Shown here in pieces: positions 27,537 through 44,117 of a DNA stretch of 64,000 nucleotides. Where the stretch lies: NCBI GenBank assembly GCA_964016885.1, contig OZ024765.1:22692001-22756000 (forward strand), read 5' to 3'. Made by a program: the position numbers and the translations under genes. The stretch is from Eledone cirrhosa (lineage: Eukaryota). The notes below the pieces were generated by a model that worked only from the letters and a program-made list of their open reading frames with translations, was not told where the DNA came from and did no database searches. The stretch's first letter is position 1, and every line of letters begins with the position of its first letter.

Positions 27537-28567
27537 AGTCCACTACGATGATAAAAAGGTAGGGAGCCAATGTGTCTCCCTGGAGCACTCCAGCCAGTAT
27601 CTCAAAGAACTCTGTCATCCCATCAGGTGTAATGACTTGGGCTTTGGTGTTGGTGTAGAGCAGTGATATCAGGTCCACTATCTTCTTGGGGATTCCATAA
27701 GCCTGTAAGATCTTCATCAGGCACTGGAGAATCACCAGGACTCTGGCTTTACTGTAGCAACGGCTCAGAGCAAAAGAGTTAAGGCAAAAAAGATATCGGA
27801 TGCTGAATTTGCCGACGACATAGTTTTGGTGACAAATACAGTGAAGGAGGCAGAGGATTTGATGCGGGAGGTTGAGACTGTGTCGATGGGTGTGGGGCTG
27901 AGAATGAATGAGACTAAAACAAAATATCTGGTAGAGAATGTTGAGAAGCCAGAGGGGATCACTAATGTAGGCGGGAAGCCACTAGAATTGGTTGAGGACT
28001 TCCTGTATTTGGGAGCAAAGATTGGGAATACGGAAGATGATGTGGTTGAGAGGAAGAGCAAAGCCTGGGCGGCGTGCCACAGCTTGAGATCGGTGTGGAA
28101 GTCAGACCTTTGTAAAGGCCTGAAAATCCGCCTCTTCATTGCTGTAGTGGAGTTTGTGCTGCTGTATGGGTCTGAGACTTGGACACTGGCCAAGAAACTC
28201 ACTCAGATGGTGGATGGGTCCTACACGAGAATGCTAAGGATGGCTCTGAACATTAATCAGTGTACACTGAGGATGAAAAACTCAGAGCTGTATGGGAGCA
28301 TCCCAAAAGTCAGCTCAAAAGTGACACAGAGGAGACTGGGGTTAGCTGGACATGCTCACCGACATCCAGAGTTGACATTGCACTCAGTGCTCCTGTGGGA
28401 GCCCCTACATGGACACACTGGAAGAGGAAGACCAAGGTTAACGTATGTTGATGCTCTAAGGACAGACACTGGTCTGTTGGAGACGCAGGACATGGCAGCG
28501 ATAATGAGGGACAGAGACCGCTGGAGAGAACTCGTCCATGGATCTCGGGAATTTTACCCGCCCTAGA
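27533..28567 (+). mobile_element. RTE-like LINE 3' part with inverted 5' segment
   Basis: 27533-27720 minus encodes ..[20 protein letters not shown]. 27721-28566 plus encodes [28 protein letters not shown]..stop. Confidence 0.9.
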
Positions 28568-28600
<33 letters not shown>

Positions 28601-28619
28601 AGTATTGAAGTTTCCGTTG

Positions 28620-28840
28620 AAAATTATATATATATATATATATAACAAAGAAAATGTGGTATGGAACCAGGTGGACCATAACGCACCAAAGTACTCAATA
28701 CTTAGGGTAGTAGAGTGGGTAATAGGGACGAGTAGGACCCCGACGGCTGAGCTCAAGCCGTTTCGACGGCTAATTCTGGACTCCAGAATTAGCCGTCGAA
28801 ACGGCTTGAGCTCAGCCGTTGGGGTCCTACTCGTCCCTAT
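28620..28840 (-). mobile_element. (TA)n-flanked palindromic element with hammerhead 3' half
   Basis: Near-perfect palindrome 28722-28840 centred at 28781. GAAAC-GGCT..AGCC-GTC-GGGGTC on the minus strand. TTGAGTAC on the minus strand at 28691-28698. Confidence 0.75.
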
Positions 28841-29085
28841 ATATATATGTATATATATATATATATGTATATATATATGTATATATATATGTATATATAT
28901 ATATGTATATATATATGTATATATATATGTATATATATATGTATATATATATGTATATATATATGTATATATATATGTATATATATATATATGTATATGT
29001 ATATATATATGTATATATATATATGTATATATATATGTATATATATATATGTATATATATATGTGTATATATGTATATATATGTA

Positions 29086-33552
<4,467 letters not shown>

Positions 33553-33679
33553 ATGTATATATATATGTATATATGTATATGTATATATATATGTATATAT
33601 ATATATGTATATATATATATGTGTATATATGTATATATATGTATATATATATGTATATATATATATGTATATATATATG

Positions 33680-33712
<33 letters not shown>

Positions 33713-34420
33713 GTGTATATATGTATATATATATGTATATATATATGTATATATGTATATATATATATGTATGTATATATATATATATATGTGTGTATGT
33801 ATGTATATATATATATATGTGTGTATATATGTATATATATATATATATGTGTGTATATATGTATATATATATATATATGTGTGTATATATGTATATATAT
33901 ATATATATGTGTGTATATATGTATATATATATATATGTGTGTATATATGTATATATATATATATGTGTGTATATATGTATATATATATATATATGTGTGT
34001 ATATATGTATGTATATATGCAAAAGTTTTATTTAAAATTGTTGGGTTACAACAAGTAAATATTTTATAACTGATATAAAGCACTCGACAAGTTTTGGAGT
34101 AGATATACGATATTAAACAAATGGAAACTATATAATGAAATAAATATGGTTTTATAAATATAGTTTCCATTTGTTTAATATCGTATGTATGTATATATAT
34201 ATATATATATATATGTGTGTATATATGTATATATATATATATGTGTGTATATATGTATATATATATATGTGTGTATATATGTATATATATATATATGTGT
34301 GTATATATTTATATATATATATGTGTGTATATATGTATATATATATATGTGTGTGTATATATGTATATATATATATATGTATATATATATGTATGTATAT
34401 GTATATATATATATATAAGT
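33553..34420. repeat. (TA/TG)n microsatellite blocks
   Basis: Visible directly in the sequence. Confidence 0.9.
34030..34183 (-). mobile_element. Short foldback copy of the 14487 family
   Basis: Shares AAATAAATATGGTTTTATAAATATAGTTTCCATTT; hairpin ~34105-34185; TCGAGTGCT on the minus strand. Confidence 0.75.
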
Positions 34421-34675
34421 GTATATATCACGATAAATTAACAGAGCCATAGACTCTTGCTATTCCCTGTCAGTAATGTGCTCAAAGGAGAGGAAATCCT
34501 GAGCTCTTTAAAATACAATATGTTGAAAAGGTAACACACCAGAGAGATACAGTGCGCCATCAATAAAAGAGGGGAAAACCACCAGTGTATGGAATCTGTA
34601 ACCTATGAAAGGCAGGGTAGACACACGATAATTAAAAATATAAACTAAAGTTTATATATATGTCAACTCCTGTGG

Positions 34676-35070
34676 CTTGGCAGTATCGGTAGAGCGTCGG
34701 ACGCCATGCTAGGGTGGTGGATTGGCAGTATCGGTAGAGGGTCAGACGCCATGCTAGGGTGGTGGATTGGCAGTATCGGTAGAGGGTCAGACGCCATGCT
34801 AGGGTGGTGGATTGGCAGTATCGGTAGAGGCTCAGACGCCATGCTAGGGTGGTGGATTGGCAGTATCGGTAGAGGGTCAGATGTCATGCTAGGGTGGTGG
34901 ATTGGCAGTATCGGTAGAGGGTCAGACGCCATGCTAGGGTGGTGGATTGGCAGTATCGGTAGAGGGTCGGACGCCATGCTAGGGTGGTGGATTGGCAGTA
35001 TCGGTAGAGGGTCAGACGCCATGCTAGGGTGGTGGATTGGCAGTATCGGTAGAGGGTCGGACCCCATGCT
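34676..35070 (+). repeat. 45-bp tandem repeat of the SINE head (~9 copies)
   Basis: GGTGGATTGGCAGTATCGGTAGAGGGTCAGACGCCATGCTAGGGT repeated; the last unit runs into a complete SINE body. Confidence 0.93.
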
Positions 35071-35215
35071 TTCCAGCATAGTTACGTCCCTTTACGATCT
35101 GAGTTCAAATCCCGCCGAGGTTAACTTTGCCTTTCATCCTTACGGGGGTCGATAAAATAAAGTACCAGTAATACACTGGGTAATTGCTGGCCTTGTGCCT
35201 AAAGTAGAAACAATT
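35030..35215 (+). mobile_element. tRNA-derived SINE
   Basis: Very similar to the 23161 copy. Confidence 0.9.
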
Positions 35216-35268
35216 ATTATATACATATATAGGATTGAGGGAAGATCTACTGAGTCACGGTTACACAC

Positions 35269-35301
<33 letters not shown>

Positions 35302-36109
35302 GTTTAAAATAGGTGTGACAACAATGAAGTCAGGTTTATAGGTTCAAATCCAGCCTCGGAAGATGAGAAAGAAACTGAAGGTTGTTATCAAAGACCCAGA
35401 AGATTGACAAGTGGACCCTAAACATGACTAATAGTACTAAGAAAGCCATGAACGTCACCACATCTTTTTGAAAGTAGGTTTATAAATATCAATTTTCAGT
35501 AGATATATATATCTGTCTCAGTGGCCTAGTGAGAGGTATGAGATAAAATAAAATACTGACTAGGATTGAACCCCAGGGAGAGGTATGAGAGACGGTGGAC
35601 TCCCTGGTCTGGGGTTCAATCCTGGTCAGTATCTTAATTAAACATTTTAGTTTTTACCCACTAAGAGATAAAATTATATCTGACCAGGATTGAACCCCAG
35701 ACCAGGGACTCCATCGTCTCTCATACCTCCCACTAGGCCACCAAGACAGATATAAACATCGATGGAAAATTATAAACCTACTTTCAAGGCAAAAAAGATG
35801 TGGTGTCGTTCCTCTGTATAAGGAATTGACCCATCTCCCCCTGCTGTAGTAGAGCTTCATCTCTTGTGGAGAGAGAGAGAGAGCAGAGAGAGAGACTATG
35901 ACCAGGTTGACTGACTGAGTGAATGCCCTCTTCTCAGGCGAGGGTATTAATCTATCCATGGGATCTTAACTCCTGGTAGAGTCGTAGGGACGCCATCGTT
36001 ACCGGAGGTTACCAGGGGTCAGAATACAGCCGATTCCTTCCATAAAAGGAAGGAGAAAGAATTGAGAGAAGGTGATGTGGTGGAAGGACCGACTGTTGTA
36101 TTAAACTAA

Positions 36110-36242
36110 CACATTTCTTTTTTATTGATCTTGGAGAGATGAAAAACGAAGTTGATCACGACAGGATTTGAACTCAGAGAACAGAGAGTCAGCGCAAATA
36201 CCACAAAATATTCTATCAGACGACTCTGTTTAATTCCCCGCC
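36110..36242 (-). mobile_element. Diverged SINE
   Basis: GGATTTGAACTCAGA (reverse B-box) and TTTATTGATC..GATGAAA body. Confidence 0.65.
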
Positions 36243-36449
36243 TGGTGTTGTAAACAGAAATCCTATACTAAACGGTAACAAGTAAAAGCGAGGGACATAG
36301 CGAGGAGTTACACCGGTTGACAACATGCTACTTTACAAACACTATTCAAAGCCACACTTCGTATATTTAATATAATACAATATGTATTCAACATTTAGTT
36401 TTTATTTCACATGAAGAACTGTAGAGATTATTTAAAGTGTTGGGAAAAC

Positions 36450-36463
36450 ATGAATATAAACTG
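36450..36463 (+). CDS. ICE2: ICE2 first coding exon (MNINW)
   Basis: ATG AAT ATA AAC TG|GTAAGT joins in phase 2 to G GAC AAA at 38695. This gives NWDKS, like the vertebrate ICE2 N-terminal LNWDISP (recalled). Confidence 0.7.
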
Positions 36464-36708
36464 GTAAGTGATGTCTTGTGCTTAACTTTGCTTTCTATCT
36501 TTTCGAGGTCGATAACAAAGCACCTGTCCATTACTAGAGTTGATTCTTCCTTCTATATCTCATCCTTTCTCTCTCTCTAGACAGTTATTAACCATTTTCT
36601 ATCGTGGCACCCCTTGAGATTTTGAAATTCTACCCTGCACCCCTAGGCCTAGCACATGGGACCAAAGAAGTTGAACTTTCAGCTACTTAGCTGCTACTAT
36701 TTAATTAA

Positions 36709-36957
36709 TCTCTATATATAAACGAAAATGTCTGTCTGTATGCAGGCGATACATTTCTAGTTTCCATCCGATTTTGTTCAAATTTAATACATAGGTTATT
36801 TAACTCTCGGACCATGTCTATGTAGGGTTTAAATCTTTCTCTCCCCTAAAATAACAGAGTTCTGGGGTTATTTAAAGACGGTCATGTTTATTAGAGAAGG
36901 GGGTCTTTATTTACAGTGGCGAAAGCTGTGTCCGGCAACGATGGGCTCTTTTGATAG
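36709..36957 (+). mobile_element. Possible non-autonomous Helitron-like element
   Basis: 5' TCTCTATATATAA..ATGTCTGTCTGT; 3' degenerate hairpin CCGGCAACGATGGG followed by ATAGT. Confidence 0.4.
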
Positions 36958-37397
36958 TTAACTAATATGATTTAATTAAATAAATATTATATTGAAATAA
37001 ATAGAAAGCTATGATTCACTGAATGATGCGAAGTTAAGACCTCTGCTTGCATCCCAATTAACTGAACGTGTATTACTCGTACTTTATTTTATCGACCCCT
37101 TAAGAATGAAAGGCAAAGTTAACAATAAGGGACAGGAACGAATGATCGATAAAACATCATTGTTTCTTCACGCGTGACATCAGTTACTAAATATTACACA
37201 CCAATACAATATATATATTAAAATAACAGATTACAGTTTAAGCAAAGAATCACTGCTTTCACCCTTAACGGGATCTTTGCTTAAACTTTAATCTGTTATT
37301 TTAATAAATATTTGCTCTAGGGTTCTTATATATTTGATATATATTTATTCTTATCGAACCCTTTTCGCAATTATTATTATTATTATTATTATTATTC

Positions 37398-37795
37398 TGG
37401 CAGTTTCGGTAGAGGGTCGGCCGCCATGCTTTGATGCATAGAGTTACGGCCCTTGCCATTCTGAGTTCAAATCCCGCCGAGGTTAACTTTGCCTTTCATC
37501 CTTACCTGGTCGATAAAATAAAGTACCAGTAATACACTGGGTAATTGCTGGCCTTGTGCCTAAAGTAGAAACAATTATTATTAGTAGCTGTATCGGTAGA
37601 GTGTCGGACTCCATGCTTTCCAGCATAGAGTTACGTCCCTTTACGGTCGAGTTCAAATCCCGCCGAGGTTAACTTTGCCTTTTATTCTTACGGGGTCGAT
37701 AAAACAAAGTACCAGTAATGTACTGGGGGTCAATTTAATCGATTCTTCACCCCTTCCTTGCAAAATTGTTGGTTTTGTGTCTAAATCAGAAACAA
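37398..37795 (+). mobile_element. Two tandem tRNA-derived SINE copies (~37398-37575, ~37585-37795)
   Basis: Each has GAGTTCAAATCCCGCCGAGGTTAACTTTGCC and the family body. Confidence 0.88.
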
Positions 37796-37797
37796 TT

Positions 37798-38445
37798 ACT
37801 GCCCATGGGAACTCCTGTACACGGATGATCTTACATCCATAGCTAAATCCATGGTTGAACTAGAGGAGAAATTCCAAACTTGGAAGTAGGGCCTAGAAAA
37901 AAGGGGTCTTAAAGTCAACCTGAAAAAAAGTAGAAGAGAAAGCAGAGCCCAGATCCCCTCAGGGAAATGGCCTTGCTCAGTATGTAGGAAAGGTGCAGGT
38001 ACAAATTCCATCCTCTGCCCCAAATGCAAACTATGGGTACACAAGAGATGTTGTGGGATCTCAGGAAGTTTAGCTAAGAATGTAGGCTTCACATGCAGCA
38101 GCTGTGCTGGGACAGCAAGCAGCAAACAGCCACAGGAAACAAGCACCACCAATCTCTGGGAGGCCTCTGTAGAGACAGTAGACAGCTTCTGCTACCTAGG
38201 TGACCGAACTAGCAGCGGAGGTGGGTGTTCGGAAAGTACAATAACTAGGGTAAGAACGGGATGGAAGAAGTTCAGGGAGCTACTGCCACTGCTAGCTGCA
38301 AAAGGCTTTTCCCTCAAAATGAAAGACAGACTGTATGATGCCTGTATACATGGTAGTGAGACCTGGGCACTGTGTGCAGAAGACTTGCATAGATTTGAAA
38401 GAAACGAAGCCTGCATGCTCCAATGGATGTGTAATAGTAATATAC
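37798..38445 (+). mobile_element. RTE-clade LINE fragment, degenerate
   Basis: CPWELLYTDDL, GKWPCSVCRKG..WVHKRC, FCYLGD, GWKKFRELLP and HGSETW. Confidence 0.9.
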
Positions 38446-38694
38446 ATTTTACACAGCTACAGTTGCTGTGCAGGGTTATTTTTTATCCCAGTAAAATGAC
38501 TATTTTTTTAAAACAAACATTTATTAACAGGACATATCTGAATAATTGACAAACATCACATCAATAAACTAGTAACCCCATCTAGCTGTGAAGTTATGAA
38601 CTGTTGGAAACGAGTTCAAACATGTTAGAACGAGTTATCTCATCCACAACACTGAAGAGGTTAAAATAAAAAAAATCTATGTTATGTTTTCCAG

Positions 38695-39051
38695 GGACAA
38701 ATCGGTACCAAATGCCAAAGAATTACAGCATTTCTTCACAGAGGAAAGTTTTAAGAAATGGTCAACGCCTGGTGATCTGACAGAAAAAATTGTCAACAAA
38801 TTCAAAGAACTCGGATCGTTCCATGAATTCTACTGGCAGAATTCTAATTTGGTTGGTTCCAGTAAATCAATAAATGATGGTCATTGTCTTCCACAGCCTC
38901 AGACGTCCTCCATTGATGGACAATTGGCTTCTACCACGGACCAGAAGACGCTGGTTCAATATGTGACAAAGGCAGAACAAAGGAATTGTCCGAAAGATGA
39001 TGTTTCACCAGTAAAATCCCAAAGTGTTGCCCTGCCTCACCACAAAGATGG
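38695..39051 (+). CDS. ICE2: ICE2 exon 2
   Basis: Acceptor ttttccAG, donor GTAATA, phase 2 to 2. FFTEESFKKWS resembles ICE2 FFSRENYKDHS (recalled). Confidence 0.85.
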
Positions 39052-39204
39052 GTAATAGTATTTCTTCTTTTTCTTTTTCTTTTTTTCTTTTTCTTTTTTC
39101 TTTTCTTCTTTTTTCTTTTGTCTCCTGGGTTAGTGGCACCAGCACTGCCACTTTACAGAGTGGACTGGGTGTATTTTGTCATGGCACCAGCTTATATTGC
39201 TTAG

Positions 39205-40635
39205 CCCTTTACCATTTACATTACTCTATATATATACTATTGTATTTTCACAGTAAAGGCTTTACCTCACATAATATCTCACATAACATTTACATTACTC
39301 TATATATACTATTGTATTTTCACAGTACAGTCTTTAGATCACATAATATCTCACATAATATCTCACATAACATTTACATTACTCTATATATACTATTGTA
39401 TTTTCACAGTAAAGTCTTTATCTCACATAATATCTCACATAACATTTACATTACTCTATATATACTATTGTATTTTCACAGTAAAGGCTTTACCTCACAT
39501 AATATCTCACATAACATTTACATTACACTATATATACTATTGTATTTTCACAGTAAAGACTTTACCTCACATAATACCTCACATAACATTTACATTACTC
39601 TATATACTATTGTATTTTCACAGTAAAGTCTTTACCTCACATAATATCTCACATAACATTTACATTACTCTATATATACTATTATATTTTCACAGTAAAG
39701 TCTTTACCTCACATAATATCTCACATAACATTTACATTACTCTATATATACTATTATATTTCCACAGTAAAGGCTTTACCTCACATAATATCTCATAACA
39801 TTTACATTACTCTATATATACTATTGTATTTTCACAGTAAAGGCTTTACCTCACATATCTCACATAACATTTACATTACTCTATATATACTATTATATTG
39901 TCACAGTAAAGGCTTTATCTAACATAATATCTCACATAACATTTACATTACTCTATATATACTATTATATTGTCACAGTAAAGGCTTTATCTAACATAAT
40001 ATCTCACATAACATTTACATTACTCTATATATACTATTGTATTTTCACAGTAAAGGCTTTACCACACATAATATCTCACATAACATTTACATTACTCTAT
40101 ATATACTATTGTATTTTCACAGTAAAGTCTTTACCTCACATAATAGCTCACATAACATTTACATTACTCTATATATACTATTGTATTATCACAGTAAAGG
40201 CTTTACCTCACATAATATCTCACATAACATTTACATTACTCTATATATACTATTGTATTTTCACAGTAAAGGCTTTACCTCACATAATAGCTCACATAAC
40301 ATTTACATTACTCTATATATACTATTGTATTTTCACAGTAAAGGCTTTACCTCACATAATAGCTCACATAACATTTACATTACTCTATATATACTATTGT
40401 ATTGTCACAGTAAAGGCTTTACCTCACATAATATCTCACATAACATTTACATTACTCTATATATACTATTGTATTTTCACAGTAAAGGCTTTATCTAACA
40501 TAATATTGAATCTATGAGATTTTGATATTATCTATTTTGAAAACAATACCTTAACATAAGTATGAGTAGCCAGTTATGGTCAGTTTGCACAGAAGGAGGT
40601 GAGAGAAACTTGGCCGGATACAGCCAGTTTAAATG
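39205..40635. mobile_element. piggyBac-type MITE copy expanded by a 72-bp internal tandem repeat (~17 copies)
   Basis: Start CCCTTTACCATTTACATTACTCTATAT and tail TATTGAATCTATGAGATTTTGAT..GGCCGGATACAGCC match the 20760 MITE. Confidence 0.85.
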
Positions 40636-40850
40636 GTTAACCCATGTTTTAATGGTTAACCCAGCTCTGCATTAGAGTATTTTCTTTATTATTTTCTATA
40701 TAAATGGTAGTTTTAATGATGATGATGGTGGTAGTTATGTTGATGATGGCTGTGGTGATGATAATGATGATGATGGTGCTACACCACTTTCTTCCTCTCT
40801 CGTGTCCTATCAAATTGAATATATATTTTCCATGTTCTCTTCTATTTTAG

Positions 40851-40980
40851 GCATGTCCCCTACCCAAGGATCTCCTGGTTCTCCAAGTCTGAGCAAGCTT
40901 TCTACGTACAACAGTTCTTGTATTTTAAAAACCACAAAAAACTCGATGATAAAGCTCTTCAAAAATATAATGAATTAGTG
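40851..40980 (+). CDS. ICE2: ICE2 exon 3 (HVPYPRISWFSKSEQAFYVQQFLYFKNHKKLDDKALQKYNELV)
   Basis: Acceptor tctattttAG, donor GTAAGT, phase 2 to 0. Matches ICE2/NARG2 RVPYPRFSRFSQREQRSYV (recalled). Confidence 0.9.
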
Positions 40981-41038
40981 GTAAGTTGAGACTTAATGTC
41001 CTCCATGGAACCACATTGGCAAGACATTCTTGAAAAGT

Positions 41039-41840
41039 ACAACACTATGACTACATCACATTAAATATTAAAGTCTTTACTGTAATACTGTAAATATTCA
41101 CAACAATCTGTCCACCAGTAAAGATACTATAAACATTTAGTACAAAACAACACTATGACTACATCACATTAAATATTAAAGTCTTTACTGTAATACTGTA
41201 AATATTCACAACAATCTGTCCACCAGTAAAGATACTATAAACATTTAGTACAAAACAACACTATGACTACATCACATTAAATATTAAAGTCTTTACTGTA
41301 ATACTGTAAATATTCACAACAATCTGTCCACCAGTAAAGATACTATAAACATTTAGTACAAAACAACACTATGACTACATCACATTAAATATTAAAGTCT
41401 TTACTGTAATACTGTAAATATTCACAACAATCTGTCCACCAGTAAAGATACTATAAACATTTAGTACAAAACAACACTATGACTACATCACATTAAATAT
41501 TAAAGTCTTTACTGTAATACTGTAAATATTCACAACAATCTGTCCACCAGTAAATATACTATAAACATTTAGTACAAAACAACACTATGACTACATCACA
41601 TTAAATATTAAAGTCTTTACTGTAATACTGTAAATATTCACAACAATCTGTCCACCAGTAAAGATACTATAAACATTTAGTACAAAACAACACTATGACT
41701 ACATCACATTAAATATTAAAGTCTTTACTGTATTACTGTAAATATTCACAACAATCTGTCCACCAGTAAAGATACTATAAACATTTAGTACAAAACAACA
41801 CTATGACTACATCACATTAAATATTAAAGTCTTTACTATA
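41039..41840. repeat. 108-bp tandem repeat (~7.4 copies, highly homogeneous)
   Basis: CACTATGACTACATCAC recurs at 41043, 41151, 41259 and onward. Confidence 0.95.
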
Positions 41841-41849
41841 ATAGATTTT

Positions 41850-42568
41850 GTCATGTTACCAGCACAACCACCTTACAGGGTGGACTGGTTGCCTTTTATT
41901 GCCTCACCAGCACTACCACTTTACAGAGTGTACTGGGTGCCTTTTCATTATGACACCAGCACTACCACTTTACAGAGTGTACTGGGTGTAGTCTATCATG
42001 ACACCAACACTACCACTTTACAGAGTGTACTGGGTGTATTTTATTATGACACCATCACTACCTATTTACAGAGTGTACTTGGTGTATTTTATCATAACAC
42101 CAACACTACCACTTTACAGAGTGTACTGGGTGTAGTCTATCATGACACCAACATTACCACTATACAGAGTGTACTGGGTGTATTATATCATGATACCAAC
42201 ACTACCACTATACAGAGTGTACTGGGTGTATTTTATCATGACATCAACACTACCACTTTACAGAGTGTACTGGGTGTATTTTATCATGACATCAACACTA
42301 CCATTTTACAGAGTGTACTGGGTGTATTTTATCATGACATCAACACTACCACTTTACAGAGTGTACTGGGTGTATTTTATCATGACACCAGTACTACCAC
42401 TTTACAGAGAGTACTGGGTGTATTTTATCATGACACCAACACTACCACTTTACAGAGTGTACTGGGTGTAGTCTATTATGACACCAACACTACCACTATA
42501 CAGAGTGTACTGGGTGTATTTTATCATGACACCAACACTACCACTTTACAGAGTGTACTGGGTGCCTT
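41850..42568. repeat. 48-bp minisatellite (CACTACCACTTTACAGAGTGTACTGGGTGTATTTTATCATGACACCAA)
   Basis: 48-bp period; a single related unit at 39135-39190. Confidence 0.92.
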
Positions 42569-42629
42569 TTTCTCATTTTTTAACAATCATAAATATTGAT
42601 TTCCTATGAATGTTCTTTCATTGTTTCAG

Positions 42630-42749
42630 AAAATGCATCAAAGAGTCCATATTGAACAGGTGGAGTTCATGGATTATCTAAAATTAGTCAGTCTCAAGTT
42701 TAAAGAACACTATGCCTTCTTACCACCTGTGGCACAAAGATACATGCAG
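42630..42749 (+). CDS. ICE2: ICE2 exon 4 (KMHQRVHIEQVEFMDYLKLVSLKFKEHYAFLPPVAQRYMQ)
   Basis: Acceptor ttgtttcAG, donor GTAACA, 120 nt, phase 0. Resembles ICE2 MKKHVNEEVTEFLKFL..Y..L (recalled). Confidence 0.9.
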
Positions 42750-42943
42750 GTAACAACAAATATATACAGATCTTTTTGGGATGGTTTTCAGAAATTAGGC
42801 TGTGGCCATGCTAGGGCACTTGTTTGATTTAGTCAATCATATTGACCCCAGGGCATTTTTCTAGAACAAAATTTTTTTCACATTTCTGCCACTGTCTGTC
42901 TCCTCAATCTTTTTATTTCTTCTTTAATTTCTCATTCTATTTT

Positions 42944-43059
42944 CTGATGAAGGACCAGCATCCGAAACGTTAAGACTCTTTTCCTACTGTATCAAGTGTA
43001 AAACTAATATATTTCTTCATTGTACTGTGTCATTTGCTTTGTTATTTCTGTTTGCCTTT

Positions 43060-43062
<3 letters not shown>
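42944..43062 (+). mobile_element. Repeat terminus with hammerhead-like core before (TA)n
   Basis: CTGATGA-AGGA..TCC-GAAAC at 42944-42968. Stems I and III are not convincing. Confidence 0.45.
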
Positions 43063-43104
<42 letters not shown>

Positions 43105-43136
43105 TTACACACACACACACACACATATGACTATAT

Positions 43137-43256
43137 GAAGGCATGTGGCTGAGTGGTTAGAGAATTGGATTCACAATCGTAAGGTTGTGAGTTCGATTCC
43201 TGGAGCAGGCGATGCGTTCTGTCCTTGAGCAAGACACTTTATTTCACGTTGCTCCT
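43137..43256 (+). mobile_element. tRNA-derived SINE, second family
   Basis: A-box TGGCTGAGTGG, B-box GTTCGATTCC and body GTCCTTGAGCAAGACACTT. Confidence 0.88.
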
Positions 43257-43360
43257 TCTACCTGGAGTTGCGACCGATAGATAGTATTAGCAATTGGAAA
43301 GACCAACGGAAACATTGTTTCCTCGGTCCGATTTGACGAAAGTCAATCGTTCCTTTTATG

Positions 43361-43415
<55 letters not shown>

Positions 43416-43449
43416 TTACACACACACACATATGACTATATATATATAA

Positions 43450-43865
43450 TGAAGGAGTTGTGGTAAGAAACCAGAGTACTCAATACTTAGGGTAGTAGAG
43501 TGGGTAATTGGAAAATGTATGACCCCGACAGCAGAGCTCAAGCCATTTCGACGGCTATTTCTGGACTAAAAATTCTAATTTAGTCCAGAAATAGCCGTTG
43601 AAACGGCTTGAGCTCTGCTGTCGGGGTCATACATTTTCCAATTACCCACTCTACTACCCTAAGTACTCTTTCTCTCTCTCTCTAAATATATCTTATATAT
43701 TTACATATATGTGTGTGTGTGTGTAGCCATATATATATATCTATATATATATATATAGGAAAATGTATGACCCCAGCTATTTCTGGTCTAAAAATTCTAA
43801 TTTAGTCCAGAAATAGCCGTCGAAATGGCTTGAGCTCTGCCGTCGGGGTCATACATTTTCCTATA
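43450..43865 (-). mobile_element. Two foldback copies of the 28620 family (43450-43665, 43755-43865)
   Basis: Palindrome 43484-43665 with a 7-nt loop; GTACTCAA at 43476. Confidence 0.8.
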
Positions 43866-44085
43866 TATATATGGCTACACACACACACACATATGTAAAT
43901 ATATAAGATATATTTAGAGAGAGAGAAAGAGTCGTATATCATTTGAGAAACACATAGTATTTTGTACACATATTTAATACAAATAATATTCAGGAATAAA
44001 TACATACTTTAACCCTTTAACATAGCTCTGTACTATACATAGAGCACTCTTCTTTCCTTTACCTTGTCTACAGAAATACTTAACA

Positions 44086-44117
<32 letters not shown>

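Noticed and set aside
43137-43212. Possible tRNA gene
   Set aside because: A and B boxes continue into a SINE body shared with 45654; no convincing cloverleaf.
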